From Centroscyllium fabricii (lineage: Eukaryota), in NCBI GenBank assembly GCA_051313645.2, contig JBNRSN020000010.1:10974001-11038000 (forward strand): a stretch of 64,000 nucleotides of DNA. Direction: 5' to 3'. The notes under the pieces were generated by a model. It was given only the letters and a program-made list of their open reading frames with translations, was not told the origin of the DNA and made no database searches. Each line of letters begins with the position of its first letter. Within the stretch, counting starts at the first letter, position 1. This document shows, in pieces, positions 40,714 through 52,532 of the stretch. Made by a program: the position numbers and the translations under genes.

Positions 40714-41030
40714 TCTCCGACGGGCACAATAATCAAGTGCCGGTGGACTCCTTAATTAAAAAGAATCTGAGGAAAGTTTGTGAGAGTATATCTTATTGGG
40801 TTTGGTCTTGGGACTCTCGGGAATAATAAAGCATTGTATGTGTTTTGCATTTATCTCTAACTTTTAAAGAAGCAGGTTAACTAGGGTTAAACCTTCGCGA
40901 TGCTTGGGCAGTCCGGACAACCCCAGGCGGTGATACACGTCGGTAAACGAGGTCACGAAACCGCGGTGACGAACGAGCACAAAGAGGTGGTGAGTGTTTA
41001 CTGGAGAGTGGTCGATAAAACGAACCAAGG

Positions 41031-42394
41031 ATGTGCAGTAAGAAAGTTAAACATGGGCTTCCGGGATCCCTAATTAACACTATATGACAGATAGAAGTTC
41101 GCTAATTGAGAAAATGCAGAAAGACGGATGGGATGTTAGTCAGTCATTAGAAATCCAACGAGCTTGAGTAACTATGCAGAAAAAGGATAAGACAAAGAAA
41201 GCAGGAGTTCTATTAGTCCACCAGCTGGCAGGATTACTTGAGCATGTAGAGAAAATCCGAGAGACTCAGACGGCCAAAACTAAAGTGATTGAAGACAAAA
41301 CTAAACAGTTAGAAGGCAAAACTAAAGAGATAGCAGACTTAACAAAAAAGATAAAAATTTTAGAAGGGATAAATCGAGAACAGTCTAAGGCTCGCAGTGG
41401 AGAATGGCATATGTATGCACCAGGGCCACCCCCGTGCGGACCATCAGCCCCCGTATTAGCGGAAGCTGAAATAGACGAGGAGGCTATGGCCCCCGTTACA
41501 ATAAGTCGGACAGCCGGGGGAGCAGGAAACCCAAAGGGAATATTTAAGCTTTTCACCCCCGGTGAAAGACAACAGATTTTGAAAGATCTAGGATGACTTC
41601 AACCTAGAAGTGCCAATACCAAGTTCTGGGAAAACCTGGATATGGTCGGGCTTGGACATAACCTCCACCTTAAAGATATCCACCAGTTAGTTAGGGCCGC
41701 CTGTCCGGTAGACCGTTGGCGGAACGTGCAGGCAACACAGGCAGTCGCTAATACGGACTATTACACAGGCCGTTGGGCTGACCAATTGCCACTCACGGCG
41801 GACATGCAGGCACAACAGGCACCCTTCCTACTGTTTAAGGCAGAAATACAGCGGGTCTTGTGAGACTCGCCAACAAACTGGAATAGGATAACCGCTACCC
41901 GACAGCAAAAAGTGGAAGAAGCATCTGAGTTTGGGGAAAGGCTATATACTGTTTACAAGGAATCCTCTGGGAACCCAGGGGCAGCAAGAACAGATCCCGC
42001 CTTCCTCCAGGCATATAAAGATGCATTTTCAGAACACCATCAACAGGTAAGTAATATGGGGGTAGTAACCCAGAGAAACTACGATGAACTAGTAGAATGG
42101 GCATGTGGGGTGGATAGTAGGAAGAATAAGGAAAACAGTGAAATTACGAATAAGGTTAAACAAGAGCGGGTGAATGCAACAAAACAAATTGTATCCCTAA
42201 AGGGAGTTTGTCATGGGTGCGGGAAGCCAGGACATTTTATTAAAGATTGTAAGGCTAAGAAAACATGTACCTACTGTACAAAGAATGGACACACCGAATC
42301 AGTGTGTTACAGTAAGCATGGTAGACCAGACGACCGTGCGACTCTGACCCCGGAGGATTTGCAGCTGTTCCAGCAATGGAAGGCTACCCAGTGA
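41031..42394 (+). pseudogene. gag: ERV gag (disrupted)
   Basis: ORFs 41174, 41642 and 41912 share one frame broken by TGA stops. Coiled coil, PPPC/PSAP late-domain-like motifs, and two CCHC knuckles (CHGCGKPGHFIKDC, CTYCTKNGHTESVC). The start is approximate. Confidence 0.88.
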
Positions 42395-45300
42395 CAACCC
42401 ATGGCCCCCATTCAGACAAAAAAAGGAAGGATGTATGTGTCAGCACTAGTAGGGGGCCGACAGTGTGAAATGCTAGTGGACACCGGAGCACCTGTATCAA
42501 TAACTAATCTTCCTCTTCCCATTACTAGCAAAAAGATTTGTATTACCGGAGTAGGAGGAGGAAAAACACCCGCCTTTCTCAGTACAGTACAACTAATACA
42601 GATTGATAAATGGTATATCCCAATGAAATTCTATGTGTGCAAAAATAGTGAAGGGACAATAATGGGGAGTGACCTAATGAAGGAATACCAGGTTTTAATT
42701 GACTGTGGCAACCAAAAATTAGAATGGCCAACCTTAAATGGTCACAAAACTAACTTGCAGTGTTTGGCTAACAATGTGAGTAAGATCGGTGTAGCCACAG
42801 CGATAGTTAGAGACTGGCAGGTGGACTCCAATGGATATGGAGATATTTGTACCTCCGTAGTAGGGATTTGGGCAAAGGACAAGCTGGATACAGGAAAGGT
42901 CAACATGGACCCCATTGTAATTCCGGGACCTGAGCACAAACCCCATAGACAATATCCGATCATGCCAGAAGCCAAAAAGGCGGTGGAGGAGATAGTGAAA
43001 GGAATGGTGCTCCAAGGTATTCTTCGAGAGACCACCAGCACAACCAATTCGCCCACCTGGCCGGTGAAGAAACCAGATAATAGTTATAGGTTCACAATTG
43101 ACTATACAGCCTTAAATAAGGTAACACCAAAACTCCACCCCATAGTGGTTTTGCCCAGCAACCATTTTAAATGGACTGGGTCCGGAACATAAGATATTTT
43201 CGGTTTTAGACATAGCTAACGGATTCTGGGCACTTCCATTGGACCCAGGATCTCAGGAGAAATTTGCCTTCACGGTAGGAGATAAACAGTATACGTGGAC
43301 CCGTTTGCCACAGGGGTTCCACAATAGCCCGGCAATTTTCCACCGGGCAATGAGCAACATCCTGAAGGACATGGAACTCCAGGATGGGAGCACCGTCCTC
43401 CATTATGTGGATGACCTTTTGATTGCGTCAGATACAGCCTCGGAACATGAGAAAGCACTGAAGGCTGTACTGATAGCACTCAGGGATGCAGGATTAAAAG
43501 CAAGCCCCAAGAAAGCGCAGATCGGGAAAACACAGGTCATTTATTTGGGACACCTCATTTCCCAAGGCATAAAAGAGATGCCCACTGACAGGAAGGCTAC
43601 AATACAAAAAATGCCGCAACCGGTAACCATTAGAGGAGTCAGGAAGGTAATGGGACTCTTTAATTACAGTAGAAACTTTATCCCTGAGTTCGCCAAAAAG
43701 GCTGAACCCATTCAACGATTGATAAAAGGAGGGAAGCCCGCTCTGGAACTCATAGAATGGGGTCCAGAACAAGAGCAAGCCTATAATAAATTAAAGCAAG
43801 AGTTAATGTCAGCGCCCGGATTAGAACTAACTGACATGAAAAAACCATTCCATATCCACTGTGATAATGAGGAGGGATTATATGCAGCAGTAGTGACACA
43901 AGAACATGGGAATAAACGCCGACCAGTAGCTTATTACTCCACGGCCGAAGGACCGGTGGTGACAGGACTCTCAAGGTGTGTCGCCACTCTGGACTGCGCA
44001 GCATGGGCAGTTCAAGTATGCAAACCTATCGTAATGAATGGGAGAATAGTCTTACACACCAAACACACTCTGGTGGAAATGCTTAACACGGGAAAGTTAA
44101 GATCAGTCTCCCACATAAGAAGTGCCAAATGGGAGGCGGTGCTGCTATCACCGAATGATTCAATCAGTATCGTAAGGGGTATAGGAGAAAACCCAGCCAC
44201 AGGAATGTTAGGAGCTGGACTTCCCCATAACTGCGGGGAAATAGATGATGAGGAAGCAGATAATAATATAAAGGACAGCCCACTAGAGGGAGCCGAAGAA
44301 ACATTTTATGTAGATGGATCCCGTAAATATATTGACGGACTGCCCCGAACGGGGTGGGCTGTAGTTAATAGTAAGATGGGAGTCAGCAAATCAGGACGAC
44401 TTGACGGAGGGTTATCCGCAAAAGTGGCCGAATTAGTAGCTCTGACCCAGGCGTTAAGAGAAGGAAAGGGTAAGATAGTTAATATCTACACTGACAGTGG
44501 ATATGCCTTTAGTGTAGTACATGACTACATGGTAGCCTGGGGACGCAGGGGTTACATAACGACAGGGGGAGAACCCATTAAACACCAAAAAAGAATAGAA
44601 GCTCTATTGGATGCCAGCAAGGAACCAAGACAAGCAGCAGTTATTAAAATAAAGGCACACCAGAGGGAACCCGACAAAATTAGCCCGGACTGGCAAAATC
44701 ACCAAAGTAACCGGGCTGCAGATGAGGCCGCACAGGCAGCTTTAAATTCAGCAAAAATAAAGGAAGAGCCAGTTAGCAGCCTTGAGCTGGAACCCGCAAA
44801 GGAACCCCAAGTCTGGAAAATTCAGGATGAAGCGCCAGACGCTGAAAAAGAAAAGTGGGTTAAACAGGGAGCTGACCGATGTGCTGCGGATCACGTATGG
44901 CGAAAGGAAGGTAAAGTGGTCGCGCCGGAATGTATACAGCACACTTTGCTGGAAGTACATCATGGTATCTCTCATTCGGGGAGGGAGGCCATGGATAAGT
45001 CATTGTGTAAAGAATGGTGGTGGCATGGGATTGGGAGAGACATTGCCACATTTTGCAGGCAATGTGTAATATGTGCCCAACATAACCCTGGGAAACCCAT
45101 AAAAAATAAAATGGGACACCAGCCGAGGCCCAAGGGACCTTGGGAACACATACAAATTGACTTTAAAGGACACCTGCCCCAGTCACACGGTAAAACCTAT
45201 TGTCTCGTGATAATTGATCAATTCACGAGATGGGTGGAAGCCATTCCAACCCGGAATTGTACTGCCCTAACGGTAGCAAGGATTTTGGCCGAGGAGGTAA

Positions 45301-46001
45301 TTCCGCAGTGAGTAACACCACTACAAATTGATTCCGACCAGGGGACACATTTCATGGGGAGGATTGTGAAGGTTATCTGTCAGTTCATGGGCAATAAACA
45401 AAAATTCCATATCCCATACCACCCCCAAAGCTCCGGAATGGTCGAGAGAATGAATCGGACACTCAAAAATGCCTTGGCAAAGGCAATACAGGAATCAGGG
45501 AAAACATGGGTTGAGGTTTTGCCCATCATTTTGATGGGATTACGGGCAACCTCGAACCGTGCTACGGGGTTAGCTCCCTATGAACACATTACAGGAAGAG
45601 CAATGTAGCTACCGGAGGGCATAATCACTGGTGGGGCAGATGTCGGTCCCTTCAAAGCCCGACTGCGGCGGTACGTCGTAGAATTAAGCGCACAATTAAG
45701 GGAGATGCGTAGGACGGTACGAGACCAGCAGGCGGCAAAAGACGAGGCAATACAGACAATCCTCGCACCCGTGCCGGCTGCTGGTAGCAAGGTTATGGTA
45801 AAAGTCATACCGGCACAGCCGGGGTTTGCACCCAAATGGAACGGACCATATGAGGTTATTATTAGCGGAGATACTTGTGCATGCATGGCGATAAGGGGAA
45901 GGGGGGTTTGGAAACACTGGACTCAGTTGAAGGTGTATGATAAAAGGACAAGTTCAAACGAACCCACTAAAATCAGGGACACTGAAAAGAAAAGCGACTG
46001 A
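42395..46001 (+). pseudogene. pol: ERV pro-pol (PR, RT, tether, RNase H, IN); one frameshift near 43150 and stops at 45309 and 45606
   Basis: LVDTGA; NSPTWPVKKPDNSYRFTIDY; WTRLPQGFHNSP; HYVDD; FYVDGS/AELVAL/YTDS; HHCC zinc finger; IQIDF...DSDQG...GMVERMN; GPY/F motif KWNGPY. Confidence 0.95.
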
Positions 46002-46086
46002 GCGAAACATTAGAAGAATATGTGACACTGTGTTATGATAACTATATTAGCGGAATGTTTTTGTATCTGCTTTACAGATCACCTGA

Positions 46087-46335
46087 ATGTACGATTCCCT
46101 TATTTGTTTGCCCATTTGGGCATTTGTATTTTGGCTAAGTACAACTTTTGTGCTTCTTAGCGTGTATGTTAATGTGTTAATACAAGACTGCTATCATAAA
46201 CGCGCTCGTCAGGCTGAGAGTCAGCCTTTAGTTAGAAGCAATGATGTGGAGATTGATCGGTTTAGCTGTGATTACATGCATTGCTTTGGAGGCACTAGGC
46301 CCCCTGCAGGTCAGGAAGCGAGAACTACATGTTAA
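46087..46335 (+). CDS. Putative ERV accessory ORF, 82 aa, single N-terminal hydrophobic helix, overlapping the env start
   Basis: Intact ATG ORF 10 nt after a pyrimidine-rich acceptor (ttttgtatctgctttacAG, 46076-46077); hydrophobic LICLPIWAFVFWLSTTFVLLSVYVNVLI. Confidence 0.45.
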   Translation: MYDSLICLPIWAFVFWLSTTFVLLSVYVNVLIQDCYHKRARQAESQPLVRSNDVEIDRFSCDYMHCFGGTRPPAGQEARTTC

Positions 46336-47467
46336 CACGTTCTTATATATGTCATACGAGCATGCTAAGGAAAACCAGCGGAGTAGCTGTTGGATTTGTT
46401 CCCACATCCCGGTTCATAGTAAAGGGGGAATTCCACTGAGACCGATTCCCCTCAATCTTACAGAAATCCAACACCACAGGAATAGGGACACCGGAAGGAG
46501 CGATATGTTGGGTGAGAGAGATCAACATTGGGAATGCAAAACATAAGGATAGTACAGCAGTGGGGTATAGTCGATTTAGTCAAAACTGGACGTTACTTAA
46601 TCAGGGATCAATTACGGAACGGTGGTGGTTTAATACCTCCACCTTACAGAATAAAACTGATAATGGAAGATGGAGGGGGAGAGTGAGTTGCACAGGTCAG
46701 TCAGGATTTCCGACCTGGTCACTTCATCTGGAGCTTACTGCCTACAACGGTACATACTTTATATGTGGTAACAAGGCATACCCCTGGCTGCCACCAAATT
46801 GGATTGGATCATGTTATTTGGGATTTGTGGTACCGTATGTGTATCACATTAAATCACTGCTGGGTCACTTCCATCATAAGAGCAAACGAGCAATAACTGA
46901 GACAGAAAGATTTTTTGCTATTCTGTTCCCCATGTATGGAACGACTAGATTAGCAGCAGAAATTAGGAACAACGCTCGAATCCTTGAATAGGTAGCCAAT
47001 GACAATGCGGAAACACTTACGGGAATAAACGCCGAATTGGTAGCAACCAGAACGGTTGCGCTACAGAATAGAATGGCATTAGACTACTTGTTAGCGGAGA
47101 AAGGGGGAACGTGCGCTCTAATTGGACAAGAATGTTGCACGTATATCCCCGACAGTTCAGAGAACGTAACCAATTTGGTAGCTCATATTAGAAAAGAAGT
47201 TAAAGAATTACATCGGGCCCCGCCCCAGTGTGGCTTGACTGGCTAGGGCTCACCGGATGGGGTCCCTGGGTGGCGCATATATTACTCGTGATCATTGCTA
47301 TATGCATTGCCATGTGCTGCTTATTTGCTGTTATTAAAATCTGCTGCAAAGCTGCTATTACACAATTAATGCCTATAAGTGCTGCCGAAATCGATACCCT
47401 GTTGACCGAAGAGGATGAGCAGAAGAAAGAAGACAATGACTGTGTGGATAATAGCCAGTGGCTGTAA
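46241..47467 (+). pseudogene. env: ERV env, gamma-type (disrupted)
   Basis: Signal peptide MMWRLIGLAVITCIALEA; SU CWIC; furin KSKR; fusion peptide; [14 protein letters not shown]; CX6CC (CALIGQECC); TM anchor. Frameshifts near 46510 and 47225, stop at 46989. Confidence 0.92.
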
Positions 47468-47529
47468 GCGTCAGCACTGTGAAGATCGATCGATGGTCAT
47501 CTGGGTCAAGCACGGCCTTGCCCAGAACC

Positions 47530-47540
47530 AAAAGGAGGGA
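47530..47540 (+). other. ERV polypurine tract
   Basis: AAAAGGAGGGA immediately before the 3' LTR. Confidence 0.85.
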
Positions 47541-47541
47541 T

Positions 47542-48207
47542 TGTTGGAGTAAATTTTGGATGCTTGGACTAAAAGCTTTAATGGACTCTTTAAATTTAAA
47601 AGGCATAAGAAACGCCGCCAAAGGGTTAACAGGGTAATACTGAGTACGTTTTAAAGAGAATTAAATATTATACAACTGCAGCATGTTCTAGACGGTTTGA
47701 AAACTCCAAGGCTATGGGAAAAGATACGAGGAGTGAGCTTCAACTGTGGAAACAGATTAGATGTTAATTAAAGACGTAAATCAACAAAGGGACATAGAGA
47801 AACTAACTAAAAACAGAATACAATGGGGTCTTAGAAGAAGCTAGGGGGTAGTTGCAGGTGCAAGATAAGGTTAGCTTGTTGACGTAGGTTAGAGGTTATT
47901 GAGTAAATTGGCTAATAATAATGTAATATGCCTAGAAACAATTTATTGATTGTCTTAAGAAAATGTAACGCGCGCAAATGCTTTGAAATATTGTATAAAA
48001 ATGACTAACCGGAGCAGCTATTTTGAGAAAGTGTGACTAGCACTTATCTCCCGGAGCTCCGCTTGAATAAAATATACTCTCGCATTTTGAACAGACAATC
48101 CGAGTTTGAGTTTTATACTCTGTGTGATTATGCTGAGTAGCGTCGATGTTCCTTCACGGTTCGTCCGCCAGGCTTCAGCTAATCAATACATAAATTTTCC
48201 TACAACA
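47542..48207 (+). repeat. ERV 3' LTR (666 bp)
   Basis: Copy of 40047-40713; retains TATAAAA at ~47994 and AATAAA at ~48066. Confidence 0.95.
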
Positions 48208-48499
48208 GGAGGCGACAATAAATTTAAGTATTTGGACAGCAAAATGATGTTGGAGATGTGGCAGTAGATTGCAATAATCAGCGGGATCAAGGGCTGATTC
48301 GTCAGGGTGGACTAATGGAGACAGATGGGAAAGGGAGGGGGACAGTACCATAGCAGCATTAACCGTTCACAATATCAAAGAGCATGGGGTTAGGAAGATA
48401 AACTAGATAATGAGCTGTTTAGTGGGAATGGGGTTAAGGCAGCAGCAGGAAGTTTTCGGGGACAACACATGCTTGGAGATTACACTGCGGGAAATACGG

Positions 48500-48910
48500 G
48501 AATTCACGGTATCACAGTAAGTGTTTAATTAAGTAACAGGACACAGCAACTAATTAACTAAAATAGACTAAAAGTGTTTTTAGGGGAATAGAACAATGTT
48601 GTACTCATCAGTTGAATAACAGGAGCTATAGGGGCACACAGTAACTGTGTAATTAGCGATAGACGACAGGGTAAGTTAGGGAAACAGTGTAACTTTGAAA
48701 CTTGAGATGGAGAACAGGGTTATTTAGGTCAACACTGTAACTGTGTAATCAGCGATAGATGACGGACAATATAGGGGAACACAGTAAATGTATAGTTAGG
48801 GAAAGCGGAAAGGGAAAGTACGGGGAAACTGTTAACTTTGTATTTGGAAATGGAGGACAGGAGAATCATGGGTAATGCTGTAACTGTTTAATTATAAATG
48901 GGGACCAGGA
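48500..48910. repeat. Shorter paralog of the 48-bp minisatellite
   Basis: acacagtaactgtgtaattagcgatagacgacagggtaagttaggg units. Confidence 0.8.
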
Positions 48911-50099
48911 GAAAACAAAAAAACATTCATTGAGAGCTAGGGCCATGGAAAGATATTACCTCTTTAAAAGGAGATAGAGGGAACAGGAATGAAAGAAGAA
49001 CACACCAAATCTTCAATAAGAATAGCAAAATAGAACGGATGCCGAAAATCTGAAATAACAAATTAAAATGCTGGAAACGCTCAGCAAGTTAGGCCGCGTC
49101 GAGGAGAGCGAAACAGAGTCAATGTTTCGGATCGAACGTTCGTCAGAAATGTAAAAGTTTAGTGAAGAGAGATTTTACGTTCTGGCTATTTAAGTAGAAA
49201 CGAGGGCGGGAATCACACCCATATGGGATGGAATTTGAAAACGTTATGTAACGGTTAGCTTTGCATTCTATTTGAGCTTTTGATTTTGGATGAGGTGGTT
49301 GATTGCATATCACCTTCTCACGATTGTAGCTGGGTGCAGCTGCATCGCATCTGAGTCCGATGCAGTTAAAACATCTGCCTGAATCCTGACTGTTGCGATA
49401 AAAATTATTGGTGGCCTGACTCCAGCTAATTGATAATGGGCCTTTTACACAGAATTACTCTAAACTGCTAATTACTGCCCCAGAATCTGCTTTGCAGCCG
49501 GATTGGAAAAGCCTGGGCTCCACGGAGACATGGAGCCAAGTGCAGATTGGCTTTAGCAGAAGATTCCAGTGGAATTTGAAGGGTTACGGTTAAAGAGGGC
49601 AATTAATCACAGTTAATAAATGAAACTCTTTCAATAATTACAGAAGCTATTGTTAGCGAAGGTTTTCAATTAGGTTCTTGAACATTGAATTGAGGTGACA
49701 GGTATTTAAATCACACAGTATATGCAATAGCAATTAACCATACAATTAAAGGTACAAACTACAATCAAAGCTGCTGCTGTGGTTCTGAACTCAGTATCTT
49801 GGACCATTGCGAATGATCATTGCAAACTTACATTTCCACGGCCTCTTCATATCCGTATCACTTCTCACAAATTTGCATTGTCTAATCATATAGAAGTGCA
49901 AATACAATTCCATATAAGGAAAATGTTCTTAACTCATCTGTGTTTTATGAATAATAATTAACTTTACTTAAAGAGCACGTTTTCCTTTGGGTGACTCATA
50001 TCATTACCTTGGTTCGTAATATTACCAATAATTTCAATCTTGTTCATTAACATACAATTTGGCCAAGTGATTACGTTAATTATAACTATATCTTTATTT

Positions 50100-50455
50100 A
50101 TGTAACATTTGCACCAATAAATACACCAAGGTTCGTTCGAAAGCACCTCAAAAATCTGCGAACTCTACCGTCTAGGAGGACAAGGGCAGCAGGCGCATGG
50201 TAACACGACCATCTCCACTTTCCCCTCTAAGTCACATACCATACTGTCTTGGAAGTATATAGCCGTGTCTTCATCATCGCTGGGTGAAAATCCTGCAACT
50301 CACTCGCTAACAGCACTTTAGGAGTACGTTCACCACAGGTACTGCAGCAGTTCAAATGTGCAGCTTACCAGCACGTTTGCATGGGTAATTAGGATTGGCC
50401 AATAAAGGTTGGCCTTGCCAGCTAAGCACACATCCCATGCATGAACAAAATAAAT
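50100..50455 (+). mobile_element. 3' end of family-B LINE (paralog of 15805-16167)
   Basis: ggacaagggcagcaggcgcatgg...cacatcccatgcatgaacaaaa. Confidence 0.75.
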
Positions 50456-50540
50456 GTTGATGGCAATCCAGGTGTTTTCCTTTTCATAATTAACAGATTC
50501 CCAACACTGCTATTAAATGTTTAAATTTCTCTGAAATGTC

Positions 50541-50952
50541 CGGCGGCACGGTGGCACAGTAGTTAGCACTGTTGTCTCACAGCACTGGAGACCCGGGTTC
50601 AAATCCAACCTCGGGTACCATTTGTGTGGAATTTGCACATTCTCCCCGTGTCTGCGTGGGTTTCCTCCGGGTGCTCCGGTTTCCTCCCACAGTCCAAAGA
50701 TGTGGGAGTTAGGTTGATTGCCCATGATAAATTGACCCTTAGTGTTAGGGGGATAGAATATGTGGGGTTACGGGGATAGGGTGGGATATGTGACGATGCA
50801 GGCTCGATAGGGATCGAGGGATATGGGGAGAGGGCAGGGGGGGAATACTGATTTTGGATGATCAGCCTTGATCTCATTGAATGGTGGAGCAGGCTCGAAG
50901 GGCCGAATGGCCTACACCTGCTACTAGTTTCTATGTTTCTATGTTTCTATGT
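50541..50952 (+). mobile_element. Full-length HE1/V-type SINE
   Basis: A box (TGGCACAGTAG), B box (GGTTCAAATCC), V-domain, CR1-derived tail (TTTCTATG)3, and flanking ATGTC repeat. Absent from the paralogous site near 16230. Confidence 0.92.
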
Positions 50953-52532
50953 CATTTTACAATGACATGCCATTAAATACGTTTAATCTTTATCCATCGT
51001 GAATCTGACCAATGCTTCAGGGTGAGTCCTGGACCATCTGCACAGTGTTTCTTTAAATTGTCTGCTTAACATGCAAAGCTTGAAAGTTAGCATTACTACA
51101 ATATCAAGATAAACTAATACAGTATAATTTTAGCAGACAACATGACCGTCTGCTTATTCCTTCAGACCAAGTTGCCTCTGTCGTAGCATTAGTGTATTAA
51201 GGTAGCATTAAACTACATCTCATCAGAAACGTACATCTACCGCGGTCTATACTTTTTCGCATTGATTTTACACATTCATCTCTGCAGAGCCACATGAACT
51301 TGTTATATTAGTGATGTTTGCAGCAGGTTTGTCCGTGTCTTAGACCTGTTCGCCCTAGCATCTTCAGCATGCATATCTCAAGCTAGTTCCTTCGATCATA
51401 ACACGTCACTTCTGCACAAAGTGATAATCCAAGATCATGCAGCACCATAAATCGTACACAAAACATGTCTGCCCTTTCTGTCAATCTATCGAGAGATCGG
51501 CGAGTGGGGGCGGATTCTTTAGGAGTTATATTTCAAGCTATCAACTATATTTTTCTCAATATTCAGTTTAAGCAAGAACATAACCATATCCAGCGGAAAG
51601 ATTTCAATTAAACATCTTAAATAAAATGTATTGACTTTCACTAGATTGTGCATTGATTGCAGACATATATCTTTTGGCAAATAGTGCCAATGTGACTTAA
51701 GTTAACAAGGGATGGGCAAACATAGATAGAAGGAGATTGTTTCCGTTTTTTGAGGATCAAAAACTTACTGCCATAGTTAATAGTTTATTATGGAAGAGAT
51801 TTAGAAATGAGTGTATGATTACCTTATTTAAATGAAGAACTTTGAGGCTATGGATTGGATATATCAATGAATAAAAATAGGTTGATGGGATAGTGATATA
51901 AGGCGGGTAAAGATAATTGAAATATTTTCTCGGGTGCAGTATAAACACGGACTCGGTCTGTTCGGGTAAAATTATCTGTTCCTCTGTTATCAATTCTACG
52001 ACATTCTGATGATCAGTTTCGGATTTGGTAGACATCTGTGCCAAAGATGTCTGATGTCACATAGACAAGTCAAGTTGCTACTCTCTACATCATTAGACAC
52101 TGATCAGGAGATAGGGCCCCGTTCTATTAGTCCAGGAGACCATGGGGGGCGAAGCCTGATGGGGAGACCAGCACCTGCAACATTCAAACCGAGATTACAG
52201 AATTACAGATAGCCAGCATTATATTTCCTTGTGTCCGCACTAATGGAAACTTCAACTGTTAATTAAACTGGGGCGTCTCATTCCAGTAACTGCGGTGTGA
52301 GGCAGTTAAATTTGAAGCCCACATGTTCTACTTCACTGCTGAAGCTCAGACATGACTGTTCTTTTTGAATCCTGAGCGGGAAATGCGCTGTTTTAGGAAA
52401 AATCGATTTTGTTCAGAAAAGCAGACATCAGACCCACGGCACAAAGCGAGACAAATGTTTCCTGTTTATTATTGAAATTTTCATAAAAGCAAAGCATGTT
52501 ATTTGAACTCCAATTTGGACAGGAATCGTTTT

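Larger units (their letters stand above)
40047..48207 (+). mobile_element. Full-length endogenous retrovirus (LTR-gag-pro-pol-orfX-env-LTR), defective
   Basis: Paired TG...CA LTRs; 5-bp TSD GGAGG at 40042-40046 and 48208-48212; PPT; gag, pol and env motifs in order. Confidence 0.97.
39250..48440 (-). mobile_element. Old L2 remnant (39250-40046 and 48208-48440) into which the ERV integrated
   Basis: L2-type 3' end (ccccaaggcgctt...gaccaaaagcttg) at 39300-39400; purine-rich antisense RT-like sequence continues across the ERV TSD. Confidence 0.55.

Noticed and set aside
50541-50615. tRNA gene
   Set aside because: The A/B boxes belong to the tRNA-derived SINE head; no full cloverleaf.
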